A stretch of 64,000 nt of DNA, taken from NCBI GenBank assembly GCA_036338695.1, contig JAYZBQ010000060.1, positions 1,302-65,301 on the forward strand. The letters run 5' to 3'. The translations under genes were made by a program, and so were the position numbers. Source of the DNA: Myxococcota bacterium (lineage in GTDB: Bacteria; Myxococcota; UBA4151). Below the pieces are notes generated by a model. The model did no database searches. It worked only from the letters and a program-made list of their open reading frames with translations, and was not told the origin of the DNA. Shown piece after piece: positions 19,566-29,411 of this stretch; position 1 is the first letter of the stretch, and every line of letters starts with the position of its first letter.

Positions 19566-22500
19566 CTCAGGCGAGCGCTCTCAAGCCGCTCAAGCGCACT
19601 GAACGCTTGCCGCAGCGCGCGGCGGTCGTCGTGACGCTCTAGCCGGCGAAGGATCTGTACCGCGAGGTCGACGATCGATAGCGCTCGGTTTGCTTGAGCC
19701 TTTTGTGCACACAGCAAGGCAGCCGAACCCAGGGCGTTCGCCAGCTGCAGATTGTAGATGCCCTGCTGCTGGAATTGCGTCTGAATGGAGGCGCTGAGCT
19801 CATCCCAGCTCGACCACTCGGCGTGCTGCGCGCTCAACCACAGCTTAAGCGCAGCGATCCGCAGAGAGCGCCGCTCGGAGGGCTGTCGCTCGAGCAGCTC
19901 GTCAAGCTCGGCGATGTGCGATGTCAGGGCGAAGGCGTCTCGGTCCGCAATCGCCAGGTAGCCGAGCTGCATGAGCGCATGGTGCGCACGGTCTGAACCG
20001 AGCGCTTTGAGTCCGGCCGCAGCGTCTGAGCACAGCCGGCGCGCCCGCTCGGGGCGGTTGAGCCGCAGGCAGAGCTCGCCCATAAAGCTCATCGTGATCA
20101 AGAGCGCCGGCTGGTTACCGGTCTCATTCTCCAGCGTCAGCGCCTCCGCGAGCATACTCTGAGCCTGCGGAAGATCACCCTCGACCTGTGCGATGGCTGC
20201 GCGATGCCGCAGGGCGACCGCTTGCGTCGTTGCGCTCTGTACTCCGCCGCCCTCAAGCAACCCTAATGCGTCGTCGAGGTGAGCTTTCGCGTCGCCGATT
20301 TGCCCAAGGTTTTCGAGGACGCGCGCCAGACCGACGAGCGACTGAGCTTGGTGACGGGGCGATTTGAGCTGACGGTTCGTCTGGACCAAGTCGGTGAAGG
20401 CTTCGAGCGCCTCGGGCAGTCTCCCGAGCGTCAACAGCGCATTCGCAGCCGCCTGCTGGGCGCGCGCCGCAAGCTCCGGCAAACCCTCGCCTTGCGCCAG
20501 CGAATCGGCTGCTTGCGCTGTCTCGAGCGCCTTCTCGAGGAGGTGCCGATGGATGTACCCTTCGGCCTGGAACGTCATCAGCCGGAGACGAGCCGGCGCG
20601 TTCGGTGCGAGCTCGAGCTGGTCACAGAGCGCTGCGGCTTCGCTGAGTAGCGCCATGGTATGCTCGAGATCGAGTCGCGTCTGCGCTCGGTCGGCAGCCA
20701 CGAGGAGGGGTGCCAGCGCATCCTTGAGTTGACCGGAGTCTTTAAGCAGCACGTAGAGTCGCTCGGCCACGCGGCGGTCGCCCTTGGCGAACAGCTCATT
20801 GAGCGCCGTGCCGCAGGCCGTTTGGGCGGCGTCGAGCTCGCCGCGCCGCGCCGCTTCCTCGAGCGCCGCCTCGCGTAGGAGACCATGGACGAAGCCGAGC
20901 CGCTCGTGGGCGGGCCGAATGATCTGCCGCTCCATCAGGCTCTGCAGCAAGCTCTCTTTATGCCCAAAGTTCAAATTCTCGCAGGCTAACGTCCACTCAT
21001 GGTCATCAAAGGGTGAGCCGAGGACCGCTGCGGCAGCGAGTGCCTTGACGCCACCCGCTCGATCGGGCTCGGGGAGCGCGCCGAGGGCGTCCTCGAGGCG
21101 TTGCCAGAACAGCTTTATGGCGTCTTTGGGGAGCGTGTCCCAAGCCTCTTGCTTGAGGGCGACGCCTTCGTCCTCGATGACCGCCCACTCCTGCGCAACG
21201 GCGTGTTGCACCCATTGAATCGCGAACAGCGGGTTGCCCTCACTGCGACGACGCAGCGCTCGAGCGGAAGCAGGTGTCAGGTGCAGGTGTTCTTGTGTCA
21301 GCTGGGTCATGGCTGTGTCGTCGAGGGCGCCGACTCGGTAGCGGGTCACCTGTTCGTAGCGAGCAAGCCGCTCGAGCAGCTCCCGCTCGATCGGCTGATC
21401 AGCAAGCGCTTCGTCGCGGATGGTACCCAAAACAAGCAGCTGAGGGATGGGCGGGCCTTCGAGCACTTCAAACAGAAATTCGAGGCTGTCGCGACCCCAA
21501 TGAAGGTCGTCAATCCAGAGGATGATGGGCTGGTCCTGGCACAAGACCGAGATCAGGCTTCTGAGCGTCTTATGGCGCTCTTGCGGGCTCATCCCGCCCC
21601 CGTCACGGACCAGCGCAGCGAGCAGCTGCGCTATGGTTCGACGCCCTTCGCCGGCGCGCCGAAGCCACTGTGCGCATCGATCAAGGAGCGCATTGGCGTC
21701 GAGCGCCTCGCTCTGAAGGTGGCGCTGCAGCGCACCGAGCAGCGCGCTCCCTTCTGCACCGCCAGCGCCGTGGCGGACCTGAAGTCCGTCGGATAACCCC
21801 TCGCGCCGCGCTGCGCGGAAGAGCCAGTCGGCGAGCCGCGTCTTGCCGACGCCGGCCTCACCGTCCAAGAGCAGAACTTCGGTGCGGCGCTGCTCAGAGC
21901 AGAGGCGAAAGTGGCTCCACAGGCTGCCCTTGAGTGGCCGCCTTCCGACCAGCGGGATCCGCCGCTGAGCGAGCAACGGTAGGGTCGCATGGACCTCTTC
22001 GCGGCGGACCCCGTGGGCTCGTTCAAGGGGAGGCTCCGTCGGGATCCGCGCATCGACCGCTCCTGGAGGAATCGTCCGGCGGAGGCGGTCGACCTCGAGC
22101 AGGTGGTTGAGCGCGCTCCGGGCAGCGCGCGGGCGATCACCCGGATGCTCCCGCAGCAGTTCTTGCATCCACTGGGCGAACCCAGAGGGGACTCGAAACA
22201 ACGGCTCGAAGCGGCGCATCGCTGAGTCGTCTGAGTCGCTCCCAGGCGCGCTCCCGCAGGTCAGCCTCCAGGCGAGGTTCCCAACGCCATAGAGGTCCAT
22301 CTGCACCAGCTCAGACGGCGAGATGCGCTCGACCCCGGCGCACTCGGGCGCAACGAGCGCAGGCTGCAGGCCACTGGGCAGCCGGCCGGTTCCGTCGAGG
22401 TACCAGCCCTCGACCCGCAGAACGGGGGGCGACTCACCGGGCACCTGGAACAAAGAGCGAAAGCTCAAGGCGCCGTGAAAGGCGTTGTAGGCGTGTGCCT

Positions 22501-22879
22501 CGCTCATGCACTCGAGCAGCTGGATCAGGCGATCGCGCAGCGTCGACCAGCGCTTGGGGAGCGCCTCCTCACTGACGGGATCCAAGGTCTCGGTGACGAA
22601 GTAAGGGGTGCCGCTCGGCAGGTCGCCAACAGCCGCCTGGCTCACGCCATGAGCCAAGATGCGCGGCAAGCCTGGGTGGTCGAAGCGAAGGCGTGTGGCG
22701 ATGCGCTTGAGCAGCTCATCCGGCGACAGCGGGGGCAGGTGAACGCGTACCGGTAAGCCGGAGGGCGCGTGTCGTGCGGCCAGGCTCGACGGCTCTCCCT
22801 GGACGGGCTCGGCGGCTTCAAACTCGTGAAATGCGCTCAACGCCATGCGCACCGTGTAAGCCGCTACGCGGTGGGGCAA
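19562..22879 (-). CDS. Multidomain STAND-type NTPase with an N-terminal protein-kinase-like (probably catalytically dead) domain, a P-loop NB-ARC/AAA module and a long TPR-like C-terminal array
   Basis: aa 60-210 resemble a kinase fold (HPGLPRIL..., TPYFVTE, APECAG...DLYGVGNLAWRLTCG), but FHGALSF replaces HRDLKP and there is no VAIK lysine or Gly-loop. Walker A GEAGVGKT at aa 340-347, Walker B ILWIDDLHW at aa 451-459. Helical repeats fill the C-terminal 600 aa. Confidence 0.75.
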   Translation of the reverse strand: MPHRVAAYTVRMALSAFHEFEAAEPVQGEPSSLAARHAPSGLPVRVHLPPLSPDELLKRIATRLRFDHPGLPRILAHGVSQAAVGDLPSGTPYFVTETLDPVSEEALPKRWSTLRDRLIQLLECMSEAHAYNAFHGALSFRSLFQVPGESPPVLRVEGWYLDGTGRLPSGLQPALVAPECAGVERISPSELVQMDLYGVGNLAWRLTCGSAPGSDSDDSAMRRFEPLFRVPSGFAQWMQELLREHPGDRPRAARSALNHLLEVDRLRRTIPPGAVDARIPTEPPLERAHGVRREEVHATLPLLAQRRIPLVGRRPLKGSLWSHFRLCSEQRRTEVLLLDGEAGVGKTRLADWLFRAARREGLSDGLQVRHGAGGAEGSALLGALQRHLQSEALDANALLDRCAQWLRRAGEGRRTIAQLLAALVRDGGGMSPQERHKTLRSLISVLCQDQPIILWIDDLHWGRDSLEFLFEVLEGPPIPQLLVLGTIRDEALADQPIERELLERLARYEQVTRYRVGALDDTAMTQLTQEHLHLTPASARALRRRSEGNPLFAIQWVQHAVAQEWAVIEDEGVALKQEAWDTLPKDAIKLFWQRLEDALGALPEPDRAGGVKALAAAAVLGSPFDDHEWTLACENLNFGHKESLLQSLMERQIIRPAHERLGFVHGLLREAALEEAARRGELDAAQTACGTALNELFAKGDRRVAERLYVLLKDSGQLKDALAPLLVAADRAQTRLDLEHTMALLSEAAALCDQLELAPNAPARLRLMTFQAEGYIHRHLLEKALETAQAADSLAQGEGLPELAARAQQAAANALLTLGRLPEALEAFTDLVQTNRQLKSPRHQAQSLVGLARVLENLGQIGDAKAHLDDALGLLEGGGVQSATTQAVALRHRAAIAQVEGDLPQAQSMLAEALTLENETGNQPALLITMSFMGELCLRLNRPERARRLCSDAAAGLKALGSDRAHHALMQLGYLAIADRDAFALTSHIAELDELLERQPSERRSLRIAALKLWLSAQHAEWSSWDELSASIQTQFQQQGIYNLQLANALGSAALLCAQKAQANRALSIVDLAVQILRRLERHDDRRALRQAFSALERLESARLS

Positions 22880-22912
22880 AAGCCCGCCGGGTCATTAAAG
22901 GGTCAGGCGTGA

Positions 22913-23743
22913 TCAGTTTGCAGCCTCTTCATCGGCGTGCGACAGCCCGAAAACGCTGATCCCAAGGGCTTTCGCCCGCTTCAGGAACTTGGGTTTATCC
23001 AAGATCAAGCAGCCGACCTCAAGCCCAAGCCAGCGCAGGCCGCTGTGCGCCATCACCTCGAGGGTTGCGACGCCGACCGTAGGGATATCGAGCCGCTCGT
23101 CCTGGGTTGGCTTAATCGCTTTGACGACCACCGCGCCGCGCTTGGCGAGGGAGCCGGCACGGCGGAGCATATCATCCGTCCCTTCGACCGCTTCAACAGC
23201 CACGACGCAGCCCTTGCGCACGACGACCGTTTGACCGATCTCAAGCGCACCGACGGCGTGGGCGATCTTGAGCCCATAGCGAAAGTCTTCGCCGCGGACC
23301 TCGTCAAGGCGCCGGCCGGTGAGCCGCCCGAGGGTCGCTCGATGTTCCGGCAGCCAGTCGATGGGCGCGCCGACGCGAAAGCCCTCGGCCTCGAGCAGGT
23401 GAGCGACTGCGCGCAGCAAGCGATCGTCGCCTGAGTCGGGGAGCGCCCGCAACAGTTTGAGCGCAGCGAAGTCGGGGCGCGCTGTCCGAAAGAGCCGCGT
23501 TTTATCGACACCGCCTGCGAGCAAGACCTCCTCAACCGCCTCGCCCTTCAAAAAAGCGAGCGTTTTACCAAGCGCACCGACCGCCACGGTGGTCGCAGCG
23601 TCGACGCGCGGAGGCGTCAGGCCGATCGATTCTCCTCGAAGATTGACGACGACGCAGCGCCGCCCGCTGGCCTTGATCGCGTCGGCGAGTAAGCCGGGGA
23701 GATCGCCGCCGCCAGCGACGATCGCCACTGCGCCTGTTTTCAT
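22913..23743 (-). CDS. lpxI: UDP-2,3-diacylglucosamine pyrophosphatase LpxI (DUF1009 family)
   Basis: MKTGAVAIVAGGGDLP...LAGGVDK core typical of LpxI. ATG 23743 directly abuts the lpxA stop. The track start at 23881 would overlap lpxA by 140 nt. Confidence 0.75.
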   Translation of the reverse strand: MKTGAVAIVAGGGDLPGLLADAIKASGRRCVVVNLRGESIGLTPPRVDAATTVAVGALGKTLAFLKGEAVEEVLLAGGVDKTRLFRTARPDFAALKLLRALPDSGDDRLLRAVAHLLEAEGFRVGAPIDWLPEHRATLGRLTGRRLDEVRGEDFRYGLKIAHAVGALEIGQTVVVRKGCVVAVEAVEGTDDMLRRAGSLAKRGAVVVKAIKPTQDERLDIPTVGVATLEVMAHSGLRWLGLEVGCLILDKPKFLKRAKALGISVFGLSHADEEAAN

Positions 23744-24531
23744 CTGCCGCTCGGGCGAGCCGAGCAGATCCCTCGGTCGCTCGCTGCGATGAAGGCGAGG
23801 AAGGCGCGGGCGTGCGGTGAGTCTGCGTCGCCCTCTGCGAGCGCCGCAATCGCTTGGTCCGTCGTCATGCCTTGGCGACACGCGTAGCGGTAGGCTCGCT
23901 TGAGCGAGCGCTTGCTCAACTCGTCAAGACCCTCACGCTTCATGCGCTCAACGTTGAGGCCGACCAGGCGCGCTCGGTCGCCATGCGCCATCGCCCAAGG
24001 CGGGACATCTTGGGTCACTTTAGCGCCTCCAGCGAGCATGGCGCGGGTTCCGATTCGGCAGAACTGATGCACGCCGCTGAGCGCGCCGAGGATGGCGTGG
24101 TCCGCGACCTCCACATGACCGGCGAGCTGGGCGGCGTTCGCCATGATCACGCCGTCGCCAACAACGCTGTCGTGTCCAACGTGACAATAACTCATGATCA
24201 GGCAGTCCGCTCCGACCACGGTCTTCATGATCCCGTGCGCTGTTCCGATCGTGATGGTGGCGTTCTCCCGAATCGTCGTGCGTGCGCCGATCTCGACGGT
24301 GGCTGGTTCGCCCGCATACTTAAGGTCGGGCGGGACCTCGCCGACCGAGGCGAAGGGGAAGATACGGACGTCCTCGCCCAGCGTCGTGCGGCCGGTGACG
24401 TGCGCATGCGGCCCGATCTCGCAGCCTCTACCCACCACCACGTGCTCACCGATCGTCGTAAACGGGTGGATAATCGCGTCGGGGTGCACCTGCGCACCCG
24501 GGTGGACGATGGCCAGCTCGTGCACCGCCAT
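23740..24531 (-). CDS. lpxA: Acyl-ACP--UDP-GlcNAc O-acyltransferase
   Basis: Left-handed beta-helix hexapeptide repeats. N-terminus MAVHELAIVHPGAQVHPDAII. Confidence 0.9.
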   Translation of the reverse strand: MAVHELAIVHPGAQVHPDAIIHPFTTIGEHVVVGRGCEIGPHAHVTGRTTLGEDVRIFPFASVGEVPPDLKYAGEPATVEIGARTTIRENATITIGTAHGIMKTVVGADCLIMSYCHVGHDSVVGDGVIMANAAQLAGHVEVADHAILGALSGVHQFCRIGTRAMLAGGAKVTQDVPPWAMAHGDRARLVGLNVERMKREGLDELSKRSLKRAYRYACRQGMTTDQAIAALAEGDADSPHARAFLAFIAASDRGICSARPSGR

Positions 24532-24534
24532 GGC

Positions 24535-25572
24535 TTAGCTCTCTTCCGCTTGATTCAACTGGGCTTCGAGCTCCGCGACGCGGGCGAAGAGGTCCGGGAG
24601 CTTGGTCACCAGTCGGTTCTCATAGCTCACCGTCTTGTAGTCACGCGCTGGGAAGCCCCGGACTGTCTGACCATCGGGGATGGAGCGCGTCACGGCGGAT
24701 TTGGCTGCGACGGTGACGCCGTCACCGATGTGCAAGTGACCTGCGACGCCCACGTTGCCTGCGAGCGTGACTCGGTCACCGACGCTGCACGAGCCCGAGA
24801 GCGCGATCTGACCGACTAGCAAGCAGTTCGAGCCGACCTGCACGTTGTGACCGATGATGTTGTGGTTACCCATCTTGGTTCCCGCGCCCACACGGGTGTC
24901 GCTGATCGCACCTCGGTCGACGACGCAGTGCGCGCCCAAGTCGACGCCGCGCTCGAGGTGCGCCGTACCCACCTGGGGGACGCGCCGGTGCTGGAACGCA
25001 TCGTCCGAGGCGTAGCCGAAGCCGTTGGTGCCGACAACGCAGTGCGGTTCAAGCTGGCAGAAGTCACCCACCGAGCAGCGGGCTGCGACGACGCAGTAGG
25101 GCCCGAGGTATGCGTGCTCTCCCACCTGACCGCCTTCGCCGATCACGACGCCAGTCTCTAGCTGAGCGTGTGCGCCGATTCGAGCGCCGCGCTTGATCAC
25201 AACGTAAGGACCGATCGCAGCGGTCGGGTGGACGTCGGCGTCGAGGTCAACAATGGCCGTTTTGTGGACGCCCGCCGGCATCGGTGACGCGGGGTGGAAA
25301 AGCTCAAGCGCCTGGGCGAGCGCCATGTAGGGTGCGTCGTGCTCGAGAAGACTAACACCCTCCGCGACACCCTGCGGCTCCACCTGACCGCGCAGGATCA
25401 GGATGGCAGCGGCGGTCGTCTGACTCGCCGCCTTGGCGTAGGCAGGGTTGGTCAGGAAGCTGACTTGGTCAGGTCCCGCTTCGTCGAGCGTCGCAACGCC
25501 TCGGACCTCGACGTCACCGTTGTCGCCCACCAGCGTGGCGCCGATTTTCTCCGCGAGCTGTGCGAGCTTCAC
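24535..25572 (-). CDS. lpxD: UDP-3-O-acylglucosamine N-acyltransferase
   Basis: MKLAQLAEKIGATLVGDNGDVEVRGVATLDEAGPDQVSFL, then hexapeptide repeats. 4-nt overlap with skp. Confidence 0.9.
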   Translation of the reverse strand: MKLAQLAEKIGATLVGDNGDVEVRGVATLDEAGPDQVSFLTNPAYAKAASQTTAAAILILRGQVEPQGVAEGVSLLEHDAPYMALAQALELFHPASPMPAGVHKTAIVDLDADVHPTAAIGPYVVIKRGARIGAHAQLETGVVIGEGGQVGEHAYLGPYCVVAARCSVGDFCQLEPHCVVGTNGFGYASDDAFQHRRVPQVGTAHLERGVDLGAHCVVDRGAISDTRVGAGTKMGNHNIIGHNVQVGSNCLLVGQIALSGSCSVGDRVTLAGNVGVAGHLHIGDGVTVAAKSAVTRSIPDGQTVRGFPARDYKTVSYENRLVTKLPDLFARVAELEAQLNQAEES

Positions 25573-26087
25573 GGATTCTCTTTGTCGTAGAGGCGGATCA
25601 GCTTGTCGGTGACGTCAAGGTCTTCTGGCGCATGGAGCACCTGCCCGGCGTCGAGGATGACGGTGTAACCACCTTTGCGCGCGATTTTGGAGATCAATGG
25701 CTTCATCTTCGCCAGGATCTTGCGCGTCAGGTCAGCCTCTTTCTCAGCGAGGTCTTGCTGGAGCTTGGCGCGCAGCTGCTGAGCTTCGAGGACGCTCTTT
25801 TGGAAGCTCGCGAGATCTTCTCGCAGCTTCTGCTCAGGCGCTCCGCTGTTCTTTTGCTTCTCGAGCTGCTCGTAGCGCCGTTTGAGGGCTGCCTCACGGT
25901 TCTTGAGCTGATTCTGCTTGCCCCGAAAATCTGCCTGGAGCTTGCTGCGAGCCGCTTTCCCTTCCTTGCAGCCGGTCAACGCGTCCTGCAGCCGGACAAT
26001 GCCGATTTTGGAGTCACTCTGTTGCGCAAGGGCCGGCGCCGCGCTCACGCACAGGCCGATCAATGAGAGTCGAAGGATGTTCATCAT
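25569..26087 (-). CDS. skp: Periplasmic chaperone Skp/OmpH
   Basis: Signal peptide, coiled-coil-rich 172 aa, position upstream of lpxD. Confidence 0.85.
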   Translation of the reverse strand: MMNILRLSLIGLCVSAAPALAQQSDSKIGIVRLQDALTGCKEGKAARSKLQADFRGKQNQLKNREAALKRRYEQLEKQKNSGAPEQKLREDLASFQKSVLEAQQLRAKLQQDLAEKEADLTRKILAKMKPLISKIARKGGYTVILDAGQVLHAPEDLDVTDKLIRLYDKENP

Positions 26088-26317
26088 GAGGTTCGCTCCT
26101 GGTGCACCCGGCGGATGCGCTTGGGGGGTTACGGGCCAATGACGCGTCGGTCAACGATTGCCTGCGTTACCGGGCTCGCTGCGAAGTGTCTGCAGCCCTA
26201 GACGCCAGAAACCGACCGCGCATTCTGGACGCCAAGCCTCGCACTAGCTATCACTACCCCGCAAGCGCGCCGCTTCGTGCGGTTAACAGCTCGCCAATTT
26301 CGGTCTGAGGAGTTCGC

Positions 26318-27574
26318 ATGAACCGGTTGTTGTTGTTGTCCTGTCTCGTCCCTGGCCTTGTGCTGGCGGGAGCCAATGAGGATTTTGCTGCGGGCGTGGC
26401 AGCCTACAAAGCAAAGAACTACGCTGAGGCGGAGAAGAAGCTCCGGCTCGCGGTCTCGGGTGACGAGAACAACCCACAGTTTCGGCTGCGGCTCGCCAAG
26501 GCGATCTACAAACAGAAGCGATACGATGAGGCCATTCAAGAGCTCAAGGGGCTGGTGGCCAAACACCCACGAATGGCAGCGGGTCGCTACCAAATGGCGC
26601 TGGTGCAGCGTAAAGCCGGGCAGCTGCAAGACGCCGTACAGTCGTACTCGGCTTACGTTCGGATGATGCCGAAGGACCCCGACGGCTACTACGGGATGGC
26701 GGAGACCTACAGCTTGCTCGGGGAACCTCAGCAGGCGATTGCAAACTACGAGAAGTACATCGCTCTCGAGAAGCGCCCTTCAGAGCAAAAGTATGTCAAA
26801 AAGGCTGCGAAGAAGGTCGATCAGCTCAAGCAGGCGCTGACGGCTTCGGCGAAGCCGAGCAGCGAGACCTCGGTCAAAGCGGCACCCAAAAAAGGTCTCA
26901 AGGCGGCGGGTGCTGCGGCGCCCTACCTTCAAAAGATCGCACGCCAGGCTGTGGCGCAGGGCGACGCGCTGCGCGCCGAGACCAAGCTCAAGCCAGCTGC
27001 TGAGGCGTACCGTGACGCCGCATTGCGGGACCCGCAAAACGTAGAGGCTCGCTTCAAGCTCGGCGAAGTCCTGGCAGAGCTCGGCGACCTGAAGGGCGCC
27101 AAGGAGGCCTTCGAAGCCGCCCAAGCGCTCAAGCCACAGGCGGCGCCGATTACGGGCAACCTCAAGCGTGTTAGCGATGCGCTGGCTAAGGCGCCCAAAG
27201 CCGAAGAGGGCTCTCAAAGCGCGCTCGGCAGCGCCGTCGAGATGCTCAACCGAGGCAAGTACAGCAACGCGCTGCCGGTGCTCGACGCGCACGTCGGGAA
27301 GAACCCGAAAGATGTCGCAGCCCACGTGGCGCGAGGCAGCGCGCTGCTCGCTCTGAAGAAGCTTCCGGAGGCGATGGAAGCCTACGGCATGGCGCTGGCC
27401 CTTCGGCCCGACCTGAGCCTCGCACACTTCGGGCTCGGTGAGGTCTACCGGCTGCTCGGAGACCGCGCCCGGGCTGTGAACCATTTCCAGAGCTACCTGA
27501 GCTCGACGGGGAAAGACCGCAACCCGATGTACGACCAAGTGGCGAACGCACGCGTCGCCGCGCTTGGGGGCTGA
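26318..27574 (+). CDS. Secreted tetratricopeptide-repeat protein
   Basis: Signal peptide MNRLLLLSCLVPGLVLAGA and multiple TPR-like A/Y/L repeats. GAGGAG RBS 6 nt upstream. Confidence 0.8.
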   Translation: MNRLLLLSCLVPGLVLAGANEDFAAGVAAYKAKNYAEAEKKLRLAVSGDENNPQFRLRLAKAIYKQKRYDEAIQELKGLVAKHPRMAAGRYQMALVQRKAGQLQDAVQSYSAYVRMMPKDPDGYYGMAETYSLLGEPQQAIANYEKYIALEKRPSEQKYVKKAAKKVDQLKQALTASAKPSSETSVKAAPKKGLKAAGAAAPYLQKIARQAVAQGDALRAETKLKPAAEAYRDAALRDPQNVEARFKLGEVLAELGDLKGAKEAFEAAQALKPQAAPITGNLKRVSDALAKAPKAEEGSQSALGSAVEMLNRGKYSNALPVLDAHVGKNPKDVAAHVARGSALLALKKLPEAMEAYGMALALRPDLSLAHFGLGEVYRLLGDRARAVNHFQSYLSSTGKDRNPMYDQVANARVAALGG

Positions 27575-27625
27575 GGCAGCGGGTCAGCCTTGAGGGCGTC
27601 CGATGAAGAACGGTAGGGTCTGAGC

Positions 27626-28423
27626 TTGTCCTGGCAAAGCGGGCTGATCACAGCCCTGGACATCGCGCTCGTCTACTACGTGTTGTTGCGGTTGCTTCGC
27701 CTGGTCCGCGGGACCAGGACAGGTGCTGTCCTTGTCGGGTTGTTCGTGGTGTTCGCCGGGTGGTGGCTGAGCGGACAGCTGGGGCTGACTGCGATGCATC
27801 GCCTGCTCGACAGCGTGATCGAGAGCCTGGTGATCATCATCGTGGTGGTGTTTCAGGCAGACATCCGCCGGGCGCTGGCGCGTGTCGGCGGGTCACCCCG
27901 GCGGTGGGGGCGTACCTATCAATCACCTAAGATCATCCCCGAGATCGTAGCAGCGGTCGCACGCCTCGCCGATCGCCGCTGCGGCGCCTTGATCGTGATC
28001 GAGCGCGGAGGAGAGCTCGGCCATCGTATCGAGGGGGCGGCGGTGCTGGACGCTGCGGTCAGTCGCGGTCTGTTGCTCAGCATCTTTCACCCGGACAGCC
28101 CGCTGCACGATGGCGCCGTCGTGATCCGTGAAGGGCGCGTCGCCGCGGCTGGTTATTTCATGCCCATTTCGGCCGAGACCCAGCTCCCCGATGAGCTTGG
28201 GACCCGGCACCGCGCCGCCATCGGCTTGACCGAGGACGTCGACGCCATCGTTTTGGTGGTGAGCGAAGAGCGTGGCGAGATCAGTATGGCGCTAGACGGC
28301 GAGCTGCGCCGGGCTGTGAGCACCTCCGATCTAACCGACGAGCTGCAGCGCTTGCTGGGGTCAGAGGAGGTCAACCGGTGGCGCCGGTGGACCAGTTGGT
28401 GGCGAGGAGGTGAGCGCTCATGA
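27626..28423 (+). CDS. cdaA: Diadenylate cyclase CdaA (membrane-anchored DAC domain)
   Basis: 3 N-terminal TM segments. DAC motifs DGAVVIREGRV and RHRAAIGLTE...VVSEERGEIS. Confidence 0.85.
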   Translation: MSWQSGLITALDIALVYYVLLRLLRLVRGTRTGAVLVGLFVVFAGWWLSGQLGLTAMHRLLDSVIESLVIIIVVVFQADIRRALARVGGSPRRWGRTYQSPKIIPEIVAAVARLADRRCGALIVIERGGELGHRIEGAAVLDAAVSRGLLLSIFHPDSPLHDGAVVIREGRVAAAGYFMPISAETQLPDELGTRHRAAIGLTEDVDAIVLVVSEERGEISMALDGELRRAVSTSDLTDELQRLLGSEEVNRWRRWTSWWRGGERS

Positions 28424-29409
28424 GCGACGAGATCACCAACGTCCCAACCTCTGAGCCGAGCGCACGCTGGGCAGGCTTACGCAGTGCCTTCACGCAAGAC
28501 CTCTGGCTCAAAACCGTGGCGCTTGGGTTTGCGCTTGCGTTCTGGGGTTCTGTGCAGCTGAGCACGGACGTGAGCGAGAGCGTCTCGTTACGAGTCAGCT
28601 TCCGCGCACCCGAAGGGCAGATGGTCGTAGGGGATAAGTTCTTTCGGGTGCAGGTGTCGGTGACCGGGAGCCTCGGCGCGATGGAGCAGTATCGGCGGCG
28701 ACGAGACGGTGACGTCGTCTACATACCGACCGATTCGTTCGGGCTGGGGAACAGCACGATCTACCTTAACCGTGACCTGCTCGGGTTACCCAAGTCTCTG
28801 CGGGTCGAGGCGATCCGTCCCTCGGTTGTGCGGGTCAAAGTGGCGCGCCGGATCACGCGGCAAGTTCCGGTTCGTGCCCAAATTCAAGGGAAACCGAGCG
28901 CCGGTTTGACCGTGAAGCGTTGGGAGGTGCTCCCCGACCAAGTCACGGTGGATGGACCTGAAGAAGAGGTGAGCGCGCTCAAAGAGGTGCTGGCGGGGCC
29001 GATCTCTGTCGATGAAGAGGTGGGGAATGTGGTGCGTACGGCGAAGCTTCGAACCGGCGTACTCGGCGTGCAGGTCGTCGATTTGCATGAGGCTGAAGTG
29101 CGCGTCGAGATCGCTGCACCGCTGCTCGACCGCGCCGTCGAGGGGGTTAAGGTGGTCGTCAAATCAGAGACCTTCGCGGCACAGCCCGCCGAGGTCTCGC
29201 TGCGCCTAAAGGGACCTCTTGATACGCTCGACCGGCTCGAGGCAGCTGACCTGCGTGCGGTACTGGACGCTGAGAAGCTAGCCGATGCTTCGGTCGGGGA
29301 TGAGCTGCGGGTGCGGCTCGAGGGATTACCACAAGGTGTCGTACGTTTGGGGCCTGTACCGGCGGTGCGGTTGATCCAGCGCACCGCCACGCAAAACGCA
29401 AAGGAGTAG
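28420..29409 (+). CDS. cdaR: CdaA regulatory protein CdaR (YbbR-like repeats)
   Basis: N-terminal TM, repeated YbbR-like beta domains. Lies between cdaA and glmM, and its start overlaps the cdaA stop. Confidence 0.7.
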   Translation: MSDEITNVPTSEPSARWAGLRSAFTQDLWLKTVALGFALAFWGSVQLSTDVSESVSLRVSFRAPEGQMVVGDKFFRVQVSVTGSLGAMEQYRRRRDGDVVYIPTDSFGLGNSTIYLNRDLLGLPKSLRVEAIRPSVVRVKVARRITRQVPVRAQIQGKPSAGLTVKRWEVLPDQVTVDGPEEEVSALKEVLAGPISVDEEVGNVVRTAKLRTGVLGVQVVDLHEAEVRVEIAAPLLDRAVEGVKVVVKSETFAAQPAEVSLRLKGPLDTLDRLEAADLRAVLDAEKLADASVGDELRVRLEGLPQGVVRLGPVPAVRLIQRTATQNAKE

Positions 29410-29411
29410 CG

